A DNA stretch of 64,000 bases. It comes from Convolutriloba macropyga (taxonomy: Eukaryota). Where the stretch lies: the NCBI RefSeq assembly GCF_964194025.1, contig NC_134482.1, positions 36,704,001-36,768,000 on the forward strand. The letters run 5' to 3'. Position numbers and translations under genes: made by a program. The notes below the pieces were generated by a model, which saw only the letters and a program-made list of their open reading frames with translations, did no database searches and had not been told where the DNA came from. Positions within the stretch are counted from its first letter, which is position 1, and each line of letters starts with the position of its first letter. Positions 15,881-29,300 of the stretch are shown here, piece by piece.

Positions 15881-18800
15881 ATGTTATTGTTAACGTGCTG
15901 TCTATCTATTTCTCCATAATTTCCGTTTCGTTTTGGATTCCAATTTTTCCACCCATTCTGGTACGTTAAAGCTCTCAGGTTGTTTCAAACCTATTTAACT
16001 TTGGTTCCATATGATTTCTTTAGGTTAAACTTTGCATTCATTGCCATTTTCTCCAATATCTCATTAGATACCGACGCCAGACCACTGCAGTTTAAAGTGC
16101 GCTTTGAGGTGTATGTCTGGATTGTAAGACGCTGAGATACGTTTTTTTTCTGGTTAAAGTTTTGAGCTTTCTATTTTTTAAAGTTTTTTGTTATTTTGGT
16201 TTGATGTACTAGAAAACTGAGAAAAAACATTTTTTGATATATTTTCCTCTACTTTTAGTTGTTTCTGTATCAATGCTTGTTTCAGATTTATGTCTCTAAG
16301 AAATTGTTAACACCGCTATCTCTGAGGATACTACGATTATCACCTAGCTTGTTAAACGTATTTCTGTTACCCCAATAAAAAAGATGGACTATTTTGAGCT
16401 TTTTTTTGCATTTTTCATTGACAGTGGAGGAGGCTACTTTATAGAGTTATTGCCCCCAACTGCCAAAGTTCTCTAAGGGGATAGGCAGGGTTTGCACTTC
16501 AAATTCGGAAGACTGGTGCAAGGTTATGTTGATTTGCATACAGGTTCTTTGTTGGCAATGAAATTGCATCTTTAATTTTCCAAATCAAGATTCTCTATCA
16601 TGAGGAGAACTAGCAACGACGATCAAACTTTTTGAGAAAAAGGGACACCACGTCTGCCAAAAAATCCATTTAAGCTAGAAATTATTTAATAAACATGGAA
16701 TTGCCGGATATTTGACGTACACGTCGCCACCTTGGCACCCGAACAAAACAGCCTTGAAACAGAACGAAAGGTTGCGGAAGACAACTATAAGACTGATCTT
16801 GATACTTAGTAAGGAGACTTACAAGACAACACACACAAATTGAATTTGCCGCCGGTAAGGCTTCAAAAGTAATGCATGTTGTACCTAAAACATCTTATAC
16901 AGGAAAATTATTACGTTAATGTGACCACAGTAAATACATTAAAATCGTGGATGTTGAACCAAGCAAACAACGTACCCGGGGCGAAATGGAAATTTAAAAA
17001 AATTTACATAATTTCACTTATATTCAATTTTGACTGACATCAAAAGGAGAAAGTGTTTTGCGACAACCATTTCATGTTTAAAAAACTAGATTGACTTGAG
17101 ATCTTAATGACCAAACTACAACAACATTTAAAAGTGCTCCTGGACCGTCCTCTGTTACTGTGAACACTTTAAACCGAAAGCAAAATTTTGATGAGAACTT
17201 AAATTTGATAGCCCCCAGACTCTTTCCTGGAAGCTTAGCCCATACATCCTACAAGTACGTTAATTACGCACGGCTATACAAGCTGCAATTATATCTTTCC
17301 TGTTAAATGAGAGAAGTAGATCACCTCTCACAATAACAACTAATCCTTTTTAGTTTTTTATATACAATGATCTGAAATTTGAAATTCATATTAGCTAGTG
17401 TATACAAAAACCTATAAACTGATGCATAAATAAAGAATAAATCTGTCAAATTAAAAAATTACTGAATTTGTGACGGATTAGCAGAACTGGTTCAACAACT
17501 AGAAATTCAAGCCAATCTTCTATACCAATGTATAATGGCGTATTCGCTGAAAATTCTAATGCTTATGTTCCCCATTGGAAATGAAACGCAATTGTTAAAT
17601 AAAATTGTAGGAGAAATCATTAATTTATCTAAAAAATAAAATGAACTTTTGCTGATAACTAGCAGCCTAACGCCGGCAGTAAAAATGTTGAGAAATGTAT
17701 AGCCAAGAACTTTTACAGCCATATTTCGGTAAACACGATAAGTAGTAAGCAAAGCTTTGTGAAAGAACGATAGGTTTGAACAAACTTGTTTTCGTTCCCG
17801 AATTGCGTAGACACAGTTTTTGAAGACAACCTGGGCTCAGACATCAATGCCTTCTCAAACAATTTTTCGATAAATTTAAGCTAAGTTACCCATTACGAAA
17901 TAGTCAGCAGAATTGAGAACGAAGAAGTAGGTGGTTGCCTTCTAGATGAAGAAAATCGGTATCCAGAGAACCAAAATACCAACTGTATGACAATGCAAGC
18001 TACGATAGAGTAATAATCACATCTAAGCTTCCGCAAGTATCCACTGATCCAAACCAGGCAATTTGTCCGTCTGTTTCTTTGGAAATGACCTGCTCAGTCT
18101 TTTGAGTTATGCTTTGTTTTCCTTTAATTCATCATAATCTCAACATTAACGGGATGTAAGATATAATGCAATGTTATTGTTAACGTGCTGTCTATCTATT
18201 TCTCCATAATTTCCGTTTCGTTTTGGATTCCAATTTTTCCACCCATTCTGGTACGTTAAAGCTCTCAGGTTGTTTCAAACCTATTTAACTTTGGTTCCAT
18301 ATGATTTCTTTAGGTTAAACTTTGCATTCATTGCCATTTTCTCCAATATCTCATTAGATACCGACGCCAGACCACTGCAGTTTAAAGTGCGCTTTGAGGT
18401 GTATGTCTGGATTGTAAGACGCTGAGATACGTTTTTTTTCTGGTTAAAGTTTTGAGCTTTCTATTTTTTAAAGTTTTTTGTTATTTTGGTTTGATGTACT
18501 AGAAAACTGAGAAAAAACATTTTTTGATATATTTTCCTCTACTTTTAGTTGTTTCTGTATCAATGCTTGTTTCAGATTTATGTCTCTAAGAAATTGTTAA
18601 CACCGCTATCTCTGAGGATACTACGATTATCACCTAGCTTGTTAAACGTATTTCTGTTACCCCAATAAAAAAGATGGACTATTTTGAGCTTTTTTTTGCA
18701 TTTTTCATTGACAGTGGAGGAGGCTACTTTATAGAGTTATTGCCCCCAACTGCCAAAGTTCTCTAAGGGGATAGGCAGGGTTTGCACTTCAAATTCGGAA

Positions 18801-20458
18801 GACTGGTGCAAGGTTATGTTGATTTGCATACAGGTTCTTTGTTGGCAATGAAATTGCATCTTTAATTTTCCAAATCAAGATTCTCTATCATGAGGAGAAC
18901 TAGCAACGACGATCAAACTTTTTGAGAAAGGGACAACACGTCTGCCAAAAAATCTATTTAAGCTAGAAATTATTTAATAAACATGGAATTGCCGGATATT
19001 TGACGTAGACGTCGCCACCTTGGCACCCGAACAAAACAGCCTTGAAACAGAACGAAAGGTTGCGGAAGACAACTATAAGACTGATCTCGATACTTAGTAA
19101 GGAGACTTACAAAACAACACACACAAATTGAATTTGCCGCCGGTAAGGCTTCAAAAGTAATGCATGTTGTACCTAAAACATCTTATACAGGAAAATTATT
19201 ACGTTAATGTGACCACAGTAAATACATTAAAATCGTGGATGTTGAACCAAGCAAACAACGTACCCGGGGCGAAATGGAAATTTAAAAAAATTTACATAAT
19301 TTCACTTATATTCAATTTTGACTGACATCAAAAGGAGAAAGTGTTTTGCGACAACCATTTCATGTTTAAAAAACTAGATTGACTTGAGATCTTAATGACC
19401 AAACTACAACAACATTTAAAAGTGCTCCTGGACCGTCCTCTGTTACTGTGAACACTTTAAACCGAAAGCAAAATTTTGATGAGAACTTAAATTTGATAGC
19501 CCCCAGACTCTTTCCTGGAAGCTTAGCCCATACATCCTACAAGTACGTTAATTACGCACGGCTATACAAGCTGCAATTATATCTTTCCTGTTAAATGAGA
19601 GAAGTAGATCACCTCTCACAATAACAACTAATCCTTTTTAGTTTTTTATATACAATGATCTGAAATTTGAAATTCATATTAGCTAGTGTATACAAAAACC
19701 TATAAACTGATGCATAAATAAAGAATAAATCTGTCAAATTAAAAAATTACTGAATTTGTGACGGATTAGCAGAACTGGTTCAACAACTAGAAATTCAAGC
19801 CAATCTTCTATACCAATGTATAATGGCGTATTCGCTGAAAATTCTAATGCTTATGTTCCCCATTGGAAATGAAACGCAATTGTTAAATAAAATTGTAGGA
19901 GAAATCATTAATTTATCTAAAAAATAAAATGAACTTTTGCTGATAACTAGCAGCCTAACGCCGGCAGTAAAAATGTTGAGAAATGTATAGCCAAGAACTT
20001 TTACAGCCATATTTCGGTAAACACGATAAGTAGTAAGCAAAGCTTTGTGAAAGAACGATAGGTTTGAACAAACTTGTTTTCGTTCCCGAATTGCGTAGAC
20101 ACAGTTTTTGAAGACAACCTGGGCTCAGACATCAATGCCTTCTCAAACAATTTTTCGATAAATTTAAGCTAAGTTACCCATTACGAAATAGTCAGCAGAA
20201 TTGAGAACGAAGAAGTAGGTGGTTGCCTTCTAGATGAAGAAAATCGGTATCCAGAGAACCAAAATACCAACTGTATGACAATGCAAGCTACGATAGAGTA
20301 ATAATCACATCTAAGCTTCCGCAAGTATCCACTGATCCAAACCAGGCAATTTGTCCGTCTGTTTCTTTGGAAATGACCTGCTCAGTCTTTTGAGTTATGC
20401 TTTGTTTTCCTTTAATTCATCATAATCTCAACATTAACGGGATGTAAGATATAATGCA
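15881..20458. repeat. Near-identical tandem duplication, unit about 2.29 kb (15881-18170, 18171-20458)
   Basis: atgttattgttaacgtgctgtctatc starts both copies; identical ORFs at 17507 and 19795 (offset 2288); ATG microhomology at the junction. Confidence 0.97.
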
Positions 20459-20460
20459 AT

Positions 20461-23400
20461 GATCCTTGATGGTCGTCAGTCACTTAAAAATTGAGAAGAG
20501 ATGATAAAATCTAATTAGCGTAGTTTAGAAAAAAGAATCCCGATTTTCAACTGATGGGGCAGTGTCTAGACATGTATACTTCACCTTGGAGGACCTAGGA
20601 ACAGTTGTTTCGGATTAGTTGTCAAAAAGTTTTTACAATGAGGAAAGATCGAAAAAACGTAATAAAATTTTTTGTTTGCTTGAGGGAAAGATTTCACTCA
20701 ATTGTAAAATAGTGATCTAATTAAGAATCAATACATGACTGATTTTGCATGCGATTTTGTAAAGAGTGAAATGCAATGCTAAAAACGAGGACAGTCCTGC
20801 AGCTGTGGGCAAAATTCTAGATTAAGGATGTTGAATGGATTACAGTAAACGATTCCGTAGAAGAATGACAACAGTTTTGACTTGTGAACTGTTTGTCCTT
20901 GCCAATGTCCAACTAGCTAAAAAAACTGCTAGTGATATCAAAAAATCCCAATGAAAACGATGGTTGTATAAAATTGACAAACCACAAAACTAAAAATAAA
21001 TGAGTGAAATTTTCCATTTAATGAGAACACGAGAAGCAAAAACTTAGAATTAAGCTAAATTTAAAACACGTCAATTAGTGAATTACATGGAAAAATTATC
21101 AATATCAGAGCACGAGTTAGATTAAAAAGTAGAAATAATAATATAATGTGGAAATATTTGATGAAAAAATATTTTTGAGCGAAACACTGATACTTGACAG
21201 ATATATTGTGGCTATGCAAGAATTGTAGTACTGAATGGACGTTTTTATGACCGAAATCAACTAAAAACCTTTGAATATAATCACAACAACAACATCATTA
21301 ATCACAGTTGACTTGAACGATTGTAGAGTAACGAAATGTAAATGTTAGCAGCAGAATATTTTGTTGCTTTTAAAATTGAGATTGGCTGCTGTTCATCTTC
21401 TGCGTCTCAGACTAACATTTCCTTGCTCATAATCTAGATAACTACATTCGATGAAAATACTTTGACGGACTGGAGATCTCTATATCTTCAAAGTGATGCG
21501 ATGGGGTGAATAGTTCCCGTTGGCGGTGTATGATTTCTAATAGGGATAACTGTTGTTTGCTTCGGTCCTGTTGGATTCAATTTTTTATTTTGTATGTGAA
21601 ACGTTCTCTCCCTTGTTGAAGCCGGTTACGATGTCAATGTTTGTTTTGTAGTAGGTGAACTCGGAGCTGGTATTACCGCTACTTTTTGTTGCTGCTTTCT
21701 AGGGTCAATTTTTTTTAAAAATTGCTGACTGCAATTGCCTGTAAAAGTAATAGTGTTTATCCGAAAAACAACCAAGGTTATTTTGCGCTGGGGTGGTTTA
21801 GCCCTGGTTTCATTTTTTAAAATGATGTCATGGTCTTGTTATGTTTATCTTTGTGGTTGTAGCGTAAGACAACGGTCCACAGAGAGCGTTCTTGAAAACA
21901 GTTTCCCTTATCAATAATTCTCGCTCTCACTGGACTTTTTCTGGCTCAATTATAATGAAGCTTGTTTGCAATAACTCTGTCAAAGTTTATTCAGGTTGCA
22001 GTACTTCAGAAAATCAGTTCTGCTAAGTGATTATTGCTGCTCTTGTGCGAAAAAAATTTTGTGTTAACTTGATGCTGAATTATTTAATCCAGGATATGGG
22101 GATCCTTGTTTTTGGTTAAACTCTGAACCGCAAAAGTGTTTTTCCAGTTTTATTGCGTCGTTCTCATCATTGAAGATTACTTTCTGGACGTCGCAATCAC
22201 TAATCCGTTTCTGATGGTATTGGTACCATTGCGTCATCTAACTAATGATCAACAGTTTTCCAAATGCTCAATTGTGATTACTCCTTCTTCATTAAACTAA
22301 TTTAGAATTGCATTCAATATTCTCCAACAATTTGTCTTGAAAAGTGTTGTTTGAAGTATTTTGGTTTACATACCTACACTTGGTAGAGAATCGACCTAAC
22401 TGCTGATTTTGTTCATTATTTCCCTCTATTAGATTTTTTCAAGCAGGCTTATCTTCAATTTATGATCTGCATCGTTTTGTCCATTAAACCAATTAGTGTG
22501 TGGTGACTGGTAGGCAAGTTGATAATGTTATTAATTAAACAGCAGTTTGTAGTTAGAAAAAAAGGAATACAATCTTTTGAAAATTTTTATAATTAGTTCC
22601 AATTCTCTTATAAACTTACCTGTCTTTACAAGCAAAAAAATGGTTTCGTTCCTTTTTTTCAAAAACAGCTTCAATTTCGTGTGTTTAAAACAGTTAGAAA
22701 AGGTTTTGTAAGCAGCTGACATAAGTTATACGTTCATCAGGTTTTCGCCCTCAACTGTTCATTATCTTGGTGCTGTGACGAACTTACGAATTGCGCTAAA
22801 TTTACAACTGTGTCCGTGGCTGGCGCTCTTTCACAAACTGTCCTTGACCTCATTAATGTGGCCAGCTCCAATGAAAGGGCACTGATTTCAGAGCTATTTT
22901 CATTTCTGCTTTGCTTGTAAAGTATGAACTCGATTAGCATTTTGCAAAGTATTTTAACAAAAGATTTACCTATGAATTGAATGAAGACAGCGATTCACAT
23001 TTACTCACTTCGGTACTTTGCAGAGCTCTCTTTTATAATGAAAATTTTCTGTAGAGTTTGTTATCTGTCTGCTTCTTTAGTAATGACCGGCCCAATGTTT
23101 TGAGTACTGCATTCAATTGATTTGATTTATTAGAATCACAACATTAGCAGAAGGAAACACTTAATGCGAGATGATCCCTGATGGTCTTCAATCACTTGAA
23201 AGTTGAGAAGAGGTGAAATAATTTAATTAGCATATATCAAATTTGTATCATTCAGTTTAGAAAACACAATCCCAATTTTCATCTGATGGTTACTATCTAG
23301 ACATGAATAAGTTCCAAAAACCTAGGATAACGTGTTTCGGACGATTTGTCAAGGAGATTTTACAATGACGAAATGTCTAAACAACGAAATAAAATTTACG

Positions 23401-26300
23401 TTTGCTTGAGAGAAAGATTTCACTCATTGTTAAAAAAACTTTGATCAAATTAGGAATTTATATGCGATTGACATTGCCTGCGCATTTGAACAGAGTAAAA
23501 TACAATACTAAAACGAGGATAGTGGTACTGGTCCTTGCGAAATTCCAGATTAATGTTGTCGGAAAGATTACAGTAAACGGTTCGTCGAAGAAGGAAGTCA
23601 GTTTTATTCTGAGAACTGTTTGCCCCTGGTAATGTTCAGTCATCTAAAAGAACTGCTAGTAAAAACATCCAAAAGTAAACGTTGGTTGTATACTATTCAC
23701 AAACCTCAAAGCGAAGAGCAATTGAACGAAATCATTCAGGTAATGGGAACACAAATTGTAAAAAGCGAAATTGTCATTCGGTGAACTACATGGAAAATCT
23801 TTTTAACATCAGAGAACAAGCTAGATTGAAAAAAAAGAACTTTTAATAGGACGTGGAAATATTTGGTGAGAAAAAATTCTTCTACACAAAACTAATACCT
23901 GGCAAATAATCTGTGATTGCAAAAAAATTAGAATTGATTTGACTTATTCTTAACCCTACTTAGGTAATTAGGTTAAATTTTATTGTCGGCCTCAGATCAA
24001 ATGTCATTTTCATAAAATGAAAATGTTTCTGTCTCCGTTGTAATTTCTCAACAACAACATTAAGCATAGTTTTATTGAGATGATATGAAAGATTATAGAG
24101 TAGCAACATCTGATATTTGGCAACAGAATATCTCGTTGCTTTTAAAGGTGAGTTTAGCAGCTGCTCAGTTTCGGCGTCTCTGACTAAAAAACAATTTGAG
24201 GGCCGTGAGGTCAAAAAATTTGGTCTCTACTTCTATAAAGGGAAGTGATGGGGTGTAATGTTCTTGCTGGCGTTGTTTGATTTCTAATAAGTATACTGTT
24301 GTTTGCTTTGGTGGTCCTTTCCTTCATTTCGATTTTTTAGATTTTCTTTGGTGTGTTGATTTTGTCCATATAGTTGTTAAAAAAGTTGTTCGTGACAGAT
24401 CATCTTCTGTAAACCCTCAAGTTTTGATATATTTCTACTGCTTTTTTGTCCCATGTTGGAGCCGATAACGATGTGGATGGTTACTTTGTAGTAGGTGATG
24501 GCCGAGTTGATATTTCCAAAGTGTCTTGTTTCTGCATTCTGTGGTCAATTTTTTCAAAAGTTTGCTGCATGCAATTGCCCGTAAAATTAATAGTGTTTAT
24601 CAGGAAAACAGCCAAGGTTGGTTTGCGCTGGCGTGGTTTAGCCCTCGTTTCATTTTTTTAAATGATGTCATGGTCTTGTTATGTTTATCTATTTGGATGT
24701 AGCTTAGGGCAACGGTCCACAAAAAGCGTTCGTGAAAACATTTTCCCTTATCAAAAATTCTCGCTTTCACTGAATTTTTGAGAATGGATCCAGCCTCCAT
24801 GAGAATGGATCTTGTTTGCAATAACTCTGTCAATGTTTATTCAGGTTGCAGTACTTCAGAAATCCAGTTCTGCCCCGTGATTTTTGCTTCCCTTGTGCGA
24901 AAAAAATTTTGTGCTAACTTGATGCTGAGGGATGTAATCCGAGTTATAGGCGTCCTTGTTTTTTTTATTATACTCTGAACCTCAAAAGTGTTTCTTCGGT
25001 TTAATTGTGTCTGATTTTTGAAGATTGCTTTCTGGACGTTGCGATCACTGTTTTCAGGTCTTGCTCATCCGTTTTTCCTAAAATATTCTTGCAAGGGTAC
25101 AATTTTGGCACCTAATTCCTGTTCAACACTTTTCAAATGCTCAAATACGAATAATACGTTATTCACAAACTTTACTTAGAATTGCATTCAATGCCTTCAA
25201 AAGTTTGTCTTGAAAACCATTATTTTTTTTTGATTTACGTATTTGCATTTGGTAGAAAAGTGACCTAACTGCAAATTTTGTTGATTATTCTTCACTACAG
25301 GGTTTCTTCAAGCAGGCTAATCTTCCATTTATGGTATGTAACAAATTACTTTGTAATTTTATAGACAAGTTAATAATGTTATTATTTACTAAGCATTTTG
25401 CTAGAAGATAACTGGCTTGACCTCAGCGAGTTCTTCTAGATACAAAAAAAATAAATACATCTTTTAGAAACAATTTTTCATTAGTTCCAACATTTTATTC
25501 AAAAATTTATAAATTTCAAAACGTGGCTGAATACGTGAAATTACATGCAAAATATAGGTTTTGGTTCCCTTTTCAAAAAAACCCACTTCAAAGCCTTTAT
25601 TTAGTTCCATATATGTTATACTAGAAAGCGATTTAACATGCAAGGAACATGTTCGAGAGGTCTTTTCAAAGTGTAGCTATATTTTAGGGCCGCCATAGAA
25701 ACTAAGATTTTCACATCATGTAGCAACTACCCAGGTGTGCGTTATGAAAATATTATATCACCGCTTCCTTAATCAATGGGAATAGCGGTGCAATGGTCCG
25801 CACATAAGCAGCTGACGAGGAGATCTCTTGAGAAGAAAAGGATGTAGAGACTGACATTCTGGCATCTCTCTTTATCTTCTTCTAGCAGTAAATCTCATGT
25901 TTTCTTCAGAATTGAATCTTTTTTCGTTAAGACCGCCAGAAAAAGATCTGTAAGTACCTGACATAGGTTACACTTTTTTTAAGTTAACGCCCTCATCTGT
26001 TCATCACCTTGGTGCGACATCGAACTTATGGTTTGCGATATATTTAAGCTTATGTCCGTAGCTGGCGCTGTTTGGCAAACTCCCCTTAGCCTCATAGTAG
26101 TTGCCAGCTAGGTTGTAATGGCATTAATACTAAATTTATTTTTACTTATTCTTCGTTAGTAAGGTATATACTCCCTTAGCGTTTGCAAAGCTCATTTTCA
26201 TCATATGAATGACTTATAACTTGAATGCAGATAGCAATTCACAATTACTCACTTTGCGGAGCTTTGTTTATTTTGTCTGTTTTCTGTAGCTTTCGTTATT
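20461..26300 (-). mobile_element. Two old, diverged, head-to-tail copies (about 20461-23170 and 23173-26300) of a probable LINE 5' half (zinc-knuckle-type ORF1 plus endonuclease relic)
   Basis: Collinear similarity, e.g. gatcc(t/c)tgatggtc at 20461/23173; aatgatgtcatggtcttgttatgtttatct at about 21821/24661; ctggcgct blocks at about 22820/26060. Minus-strand remnants KRGLNHASANQ..YGQLHAANF, ILVLVLY, NWDCVF and (E/D)DHQG loosely fit CCHC knuckles and APE motifs. The duplication is secure; the LINE identity is tentative. Confidence 0.55.
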
Positions 26301-29300
26301 TTTCCTGCAATTTTTTCTAATAGATTTTGATGACTACGGGTTCAAATAAATCTTTTAATTTTCTCTGCAAATGGTTGCGAATGATGGCGAGAATGCGCTA
26401 GATTGTAGGTAAGTTTATTCAAAATTTAAACGTTCTCGATAATTGATCTTATTTATTTTAAAATTTTAGGTGTTCGTACTCAAAGCTTATGTCTTCGTAT
26501 TCAGTTTTAAAGCTCTTCCAATGTGAAAGTTTGAAAACAACTGAAATGAGGTCTATTTCAGAAAAATGAATGTTTGAGATAACAACACAGAAATTACCAT
26601 TATATAAACTTTTCAGGTATGATCAAACAGTTTTGAATCAAGTTTTTCTACAGCCTCTACTCACTACTACATTATATTCGTAAAACAACCTCTTTTCTGG
26701 AATTTTTTTCGATAATTACCCTAAAACTTTGAGTTTGACAATAAGTTTGTCAGGACCTATATTTACTGAACGATGTTTATGGGTTTTGAGCCAGTCGTCC
26801 TTTTAATGAGTCCGTGTCCATTTCCAATGGAACTTTCATCAGAAGAGATTGTAAATTTATGATCCGACAATTTGTTACGCAATTGACCAATTTGAGACGC
26901 AATCCAAGGTAATCTGATCTGATTTTCTCTTCAATTGGACATGTTCGTTACTCCAACTTATAAACGGTGCTAAATTTTGGACAATGTTACAAAAAGAGGA
27001 CTTCCCTTGGAAACAAATTTCTTCCTCGCTGTACTCTGTGACCCTCGGTCGTCTTTTTCACAACTCGATCCGCTCTCCATTGGTTACTTTGAACAGATTA
27101 TTTTTTCCCAAAGTTTTATATTGCATGATTTAAGAGATTTTAGCAGTTTATCATTTGGTCGTCCAATCTTTATAAATGTTTTCGAAAGGCCAATATCTGA
27201 TTGGCTGTACTCTTGTATATAAGTGTACGAACATTGGTTTACTTTTGTCCGTTTTGTATTGAAAAAATTAGTTGTTCAATTTTAATTGAAATATCCTCAG
27301 TTAACAATTTGAACACTGATATTTCACAGAGAATGGATCCAGGCTCAGTGAGAATGGATCTTGTTTGCAATAACTCTGTCAATGTTTATTCAGGTTGCAG
27401 TACTTCAGAAATTCATTTCTGCCCCGTGATTTTTGCTTCCCTTGTGCGAAAAAAAATTTTGTGCTAACTTGATGCTGAGGGATGTAATCTGAGTTATAGG
27501 CGTCCTTGTTTTTTTTTATTATACTCTGAACCTCAAAAGTGTTTTTTCGGTTTAATTGTGTCTCATTTTTGAAGGTTGCTTTCTGGACGTTGCGATCACT
27601 GTTTTCAAGTCTTGCTCATCCGTTTTTCTTAAAATATTCTTGCAAAGGTACAATTTTGGCATCTAATTCCTGTTCAACACTTTTCAAATGCTCAAATAAG
27701 AGTAATACGTTATTCACAAACTTTACTTAGAATTGCATTCAATGCCTTCAAAAGTTTGTCTTGAAAAACATTTTTTGTATATTGATTTACGTATTTGCAG
27801 TTGGTAGAAAAGTGACCTAACTGCAAATTTCGTTGATTATTCTTCACTATAGGGTTTCTTCAAGCAGGCTAATCTTCCATTTATGGTATGTAACAAATAA
27901 CTTTGTTATTTTTATAGACAATTTAATAATGTTATTATTTACCAAGCATTTTGCTAGAAGATAACCTAGCGAGTTCTTCTAGATACAAGAAAAAATAAAT
28001 TTATCTTTTAGAAACAATTTTTCATTAGTTCCAACATTCTATTCAAAAAATTATAAATTTCAAAACGTGGCTGAATACTTGAAATTACATGCAAAAGATA
28101 GGTTTTGGTTCCCTTTTCAAAAAAACCCACTTCAATGCCTTTATTTCGTTCCATATATGTTATACTAGAAAGCGATTTAACATGCAAGGAACATGTTCGA
28201 GAGGTCTTTTCAAAGTGTAGCTATATTTCTAGGGCCGCCATAGAAACTGAGATTTTCACATCATGTAGCAACTACCCAGGTGTGCGTTATGGAAATATTA
28301 TATCACCGCTTCCTTAATCAATGGGAATAGCGGTGCAATGGTCCGCACATAAGCAGCTGACGAGGAGATCTCTTGAGAAGAAAAGGATGTAGAGACTGAC
28401 ATTCTGGCATCTCTCTTTATCTTCTTCTAGCAGTAAATCTCATGTTTTCTTCAGAATTGAATCTTTTTTCGTTAAGACCGCCAGAAAAAGATCTGTAAGT
28501 ACCTGACATAGGTTACACTTTTTTTAAGTTAACGCCCTCATCTGTTCATCATCTTGGTGCGACATCGAACTTATGGTTTGCGATATATTTAAGCTTATGT
28601 CCGTAGCTGGCGCTGTTTGGCAAACTCGCCTTAGCCTCATAGTAGTTGCCAGCTAGGTTGTAATGGCATTAATACTAAATTTATTTTTACTTATTCTTCG
28701 TTAGTAAGGTATATACTCCCTTAGCGTTTGCAAAGCTCATTTTCATCATATGAATGACTTATAACTTGAATGCAGATAGCAATTCACAATTACTCACTTT
28801 GCGGAGCTTTGTTTATTTTGTCTGTTTTCTGTAGCTTTCGTTGTTTTTCCTGCAATTTTTTCTAATAGATTTTGATGACTACGGGTTCAAATAAATCTTT
28901 TATTTTTCTCTGCAAATGGTTGCGAATGATGGCGAGAATGCGCTAGATTGTGGGTAAGTTTATTCAAAATTTAAACGTTCTCGATAATTGATCTTATTTT
29001 TTTAAAGATTTTAGGTGTTCGTACTCAAAGCTTATGTCTTCGTATTCAGTTTTAAAGCTCTTCCAATGTGAAAGTTTGGAAACAACTGAAATGAGGTCTA
29101 TTTCAGAAAAATGAATGTTTAGGATAACAACACAGAAATTACCATTATATGAACATTTCAGATATGATCAAACAGTTTTGAATCAATTTTTTCTACAGCC
29201 TCTACTCACTACTACATTATATTCGTAAAACAACCTCTTTTCTGGAATTTTTGTTGATAATTACCCTAAAACTTTGAGTTTGACAATAAGTTTGTCAGGA

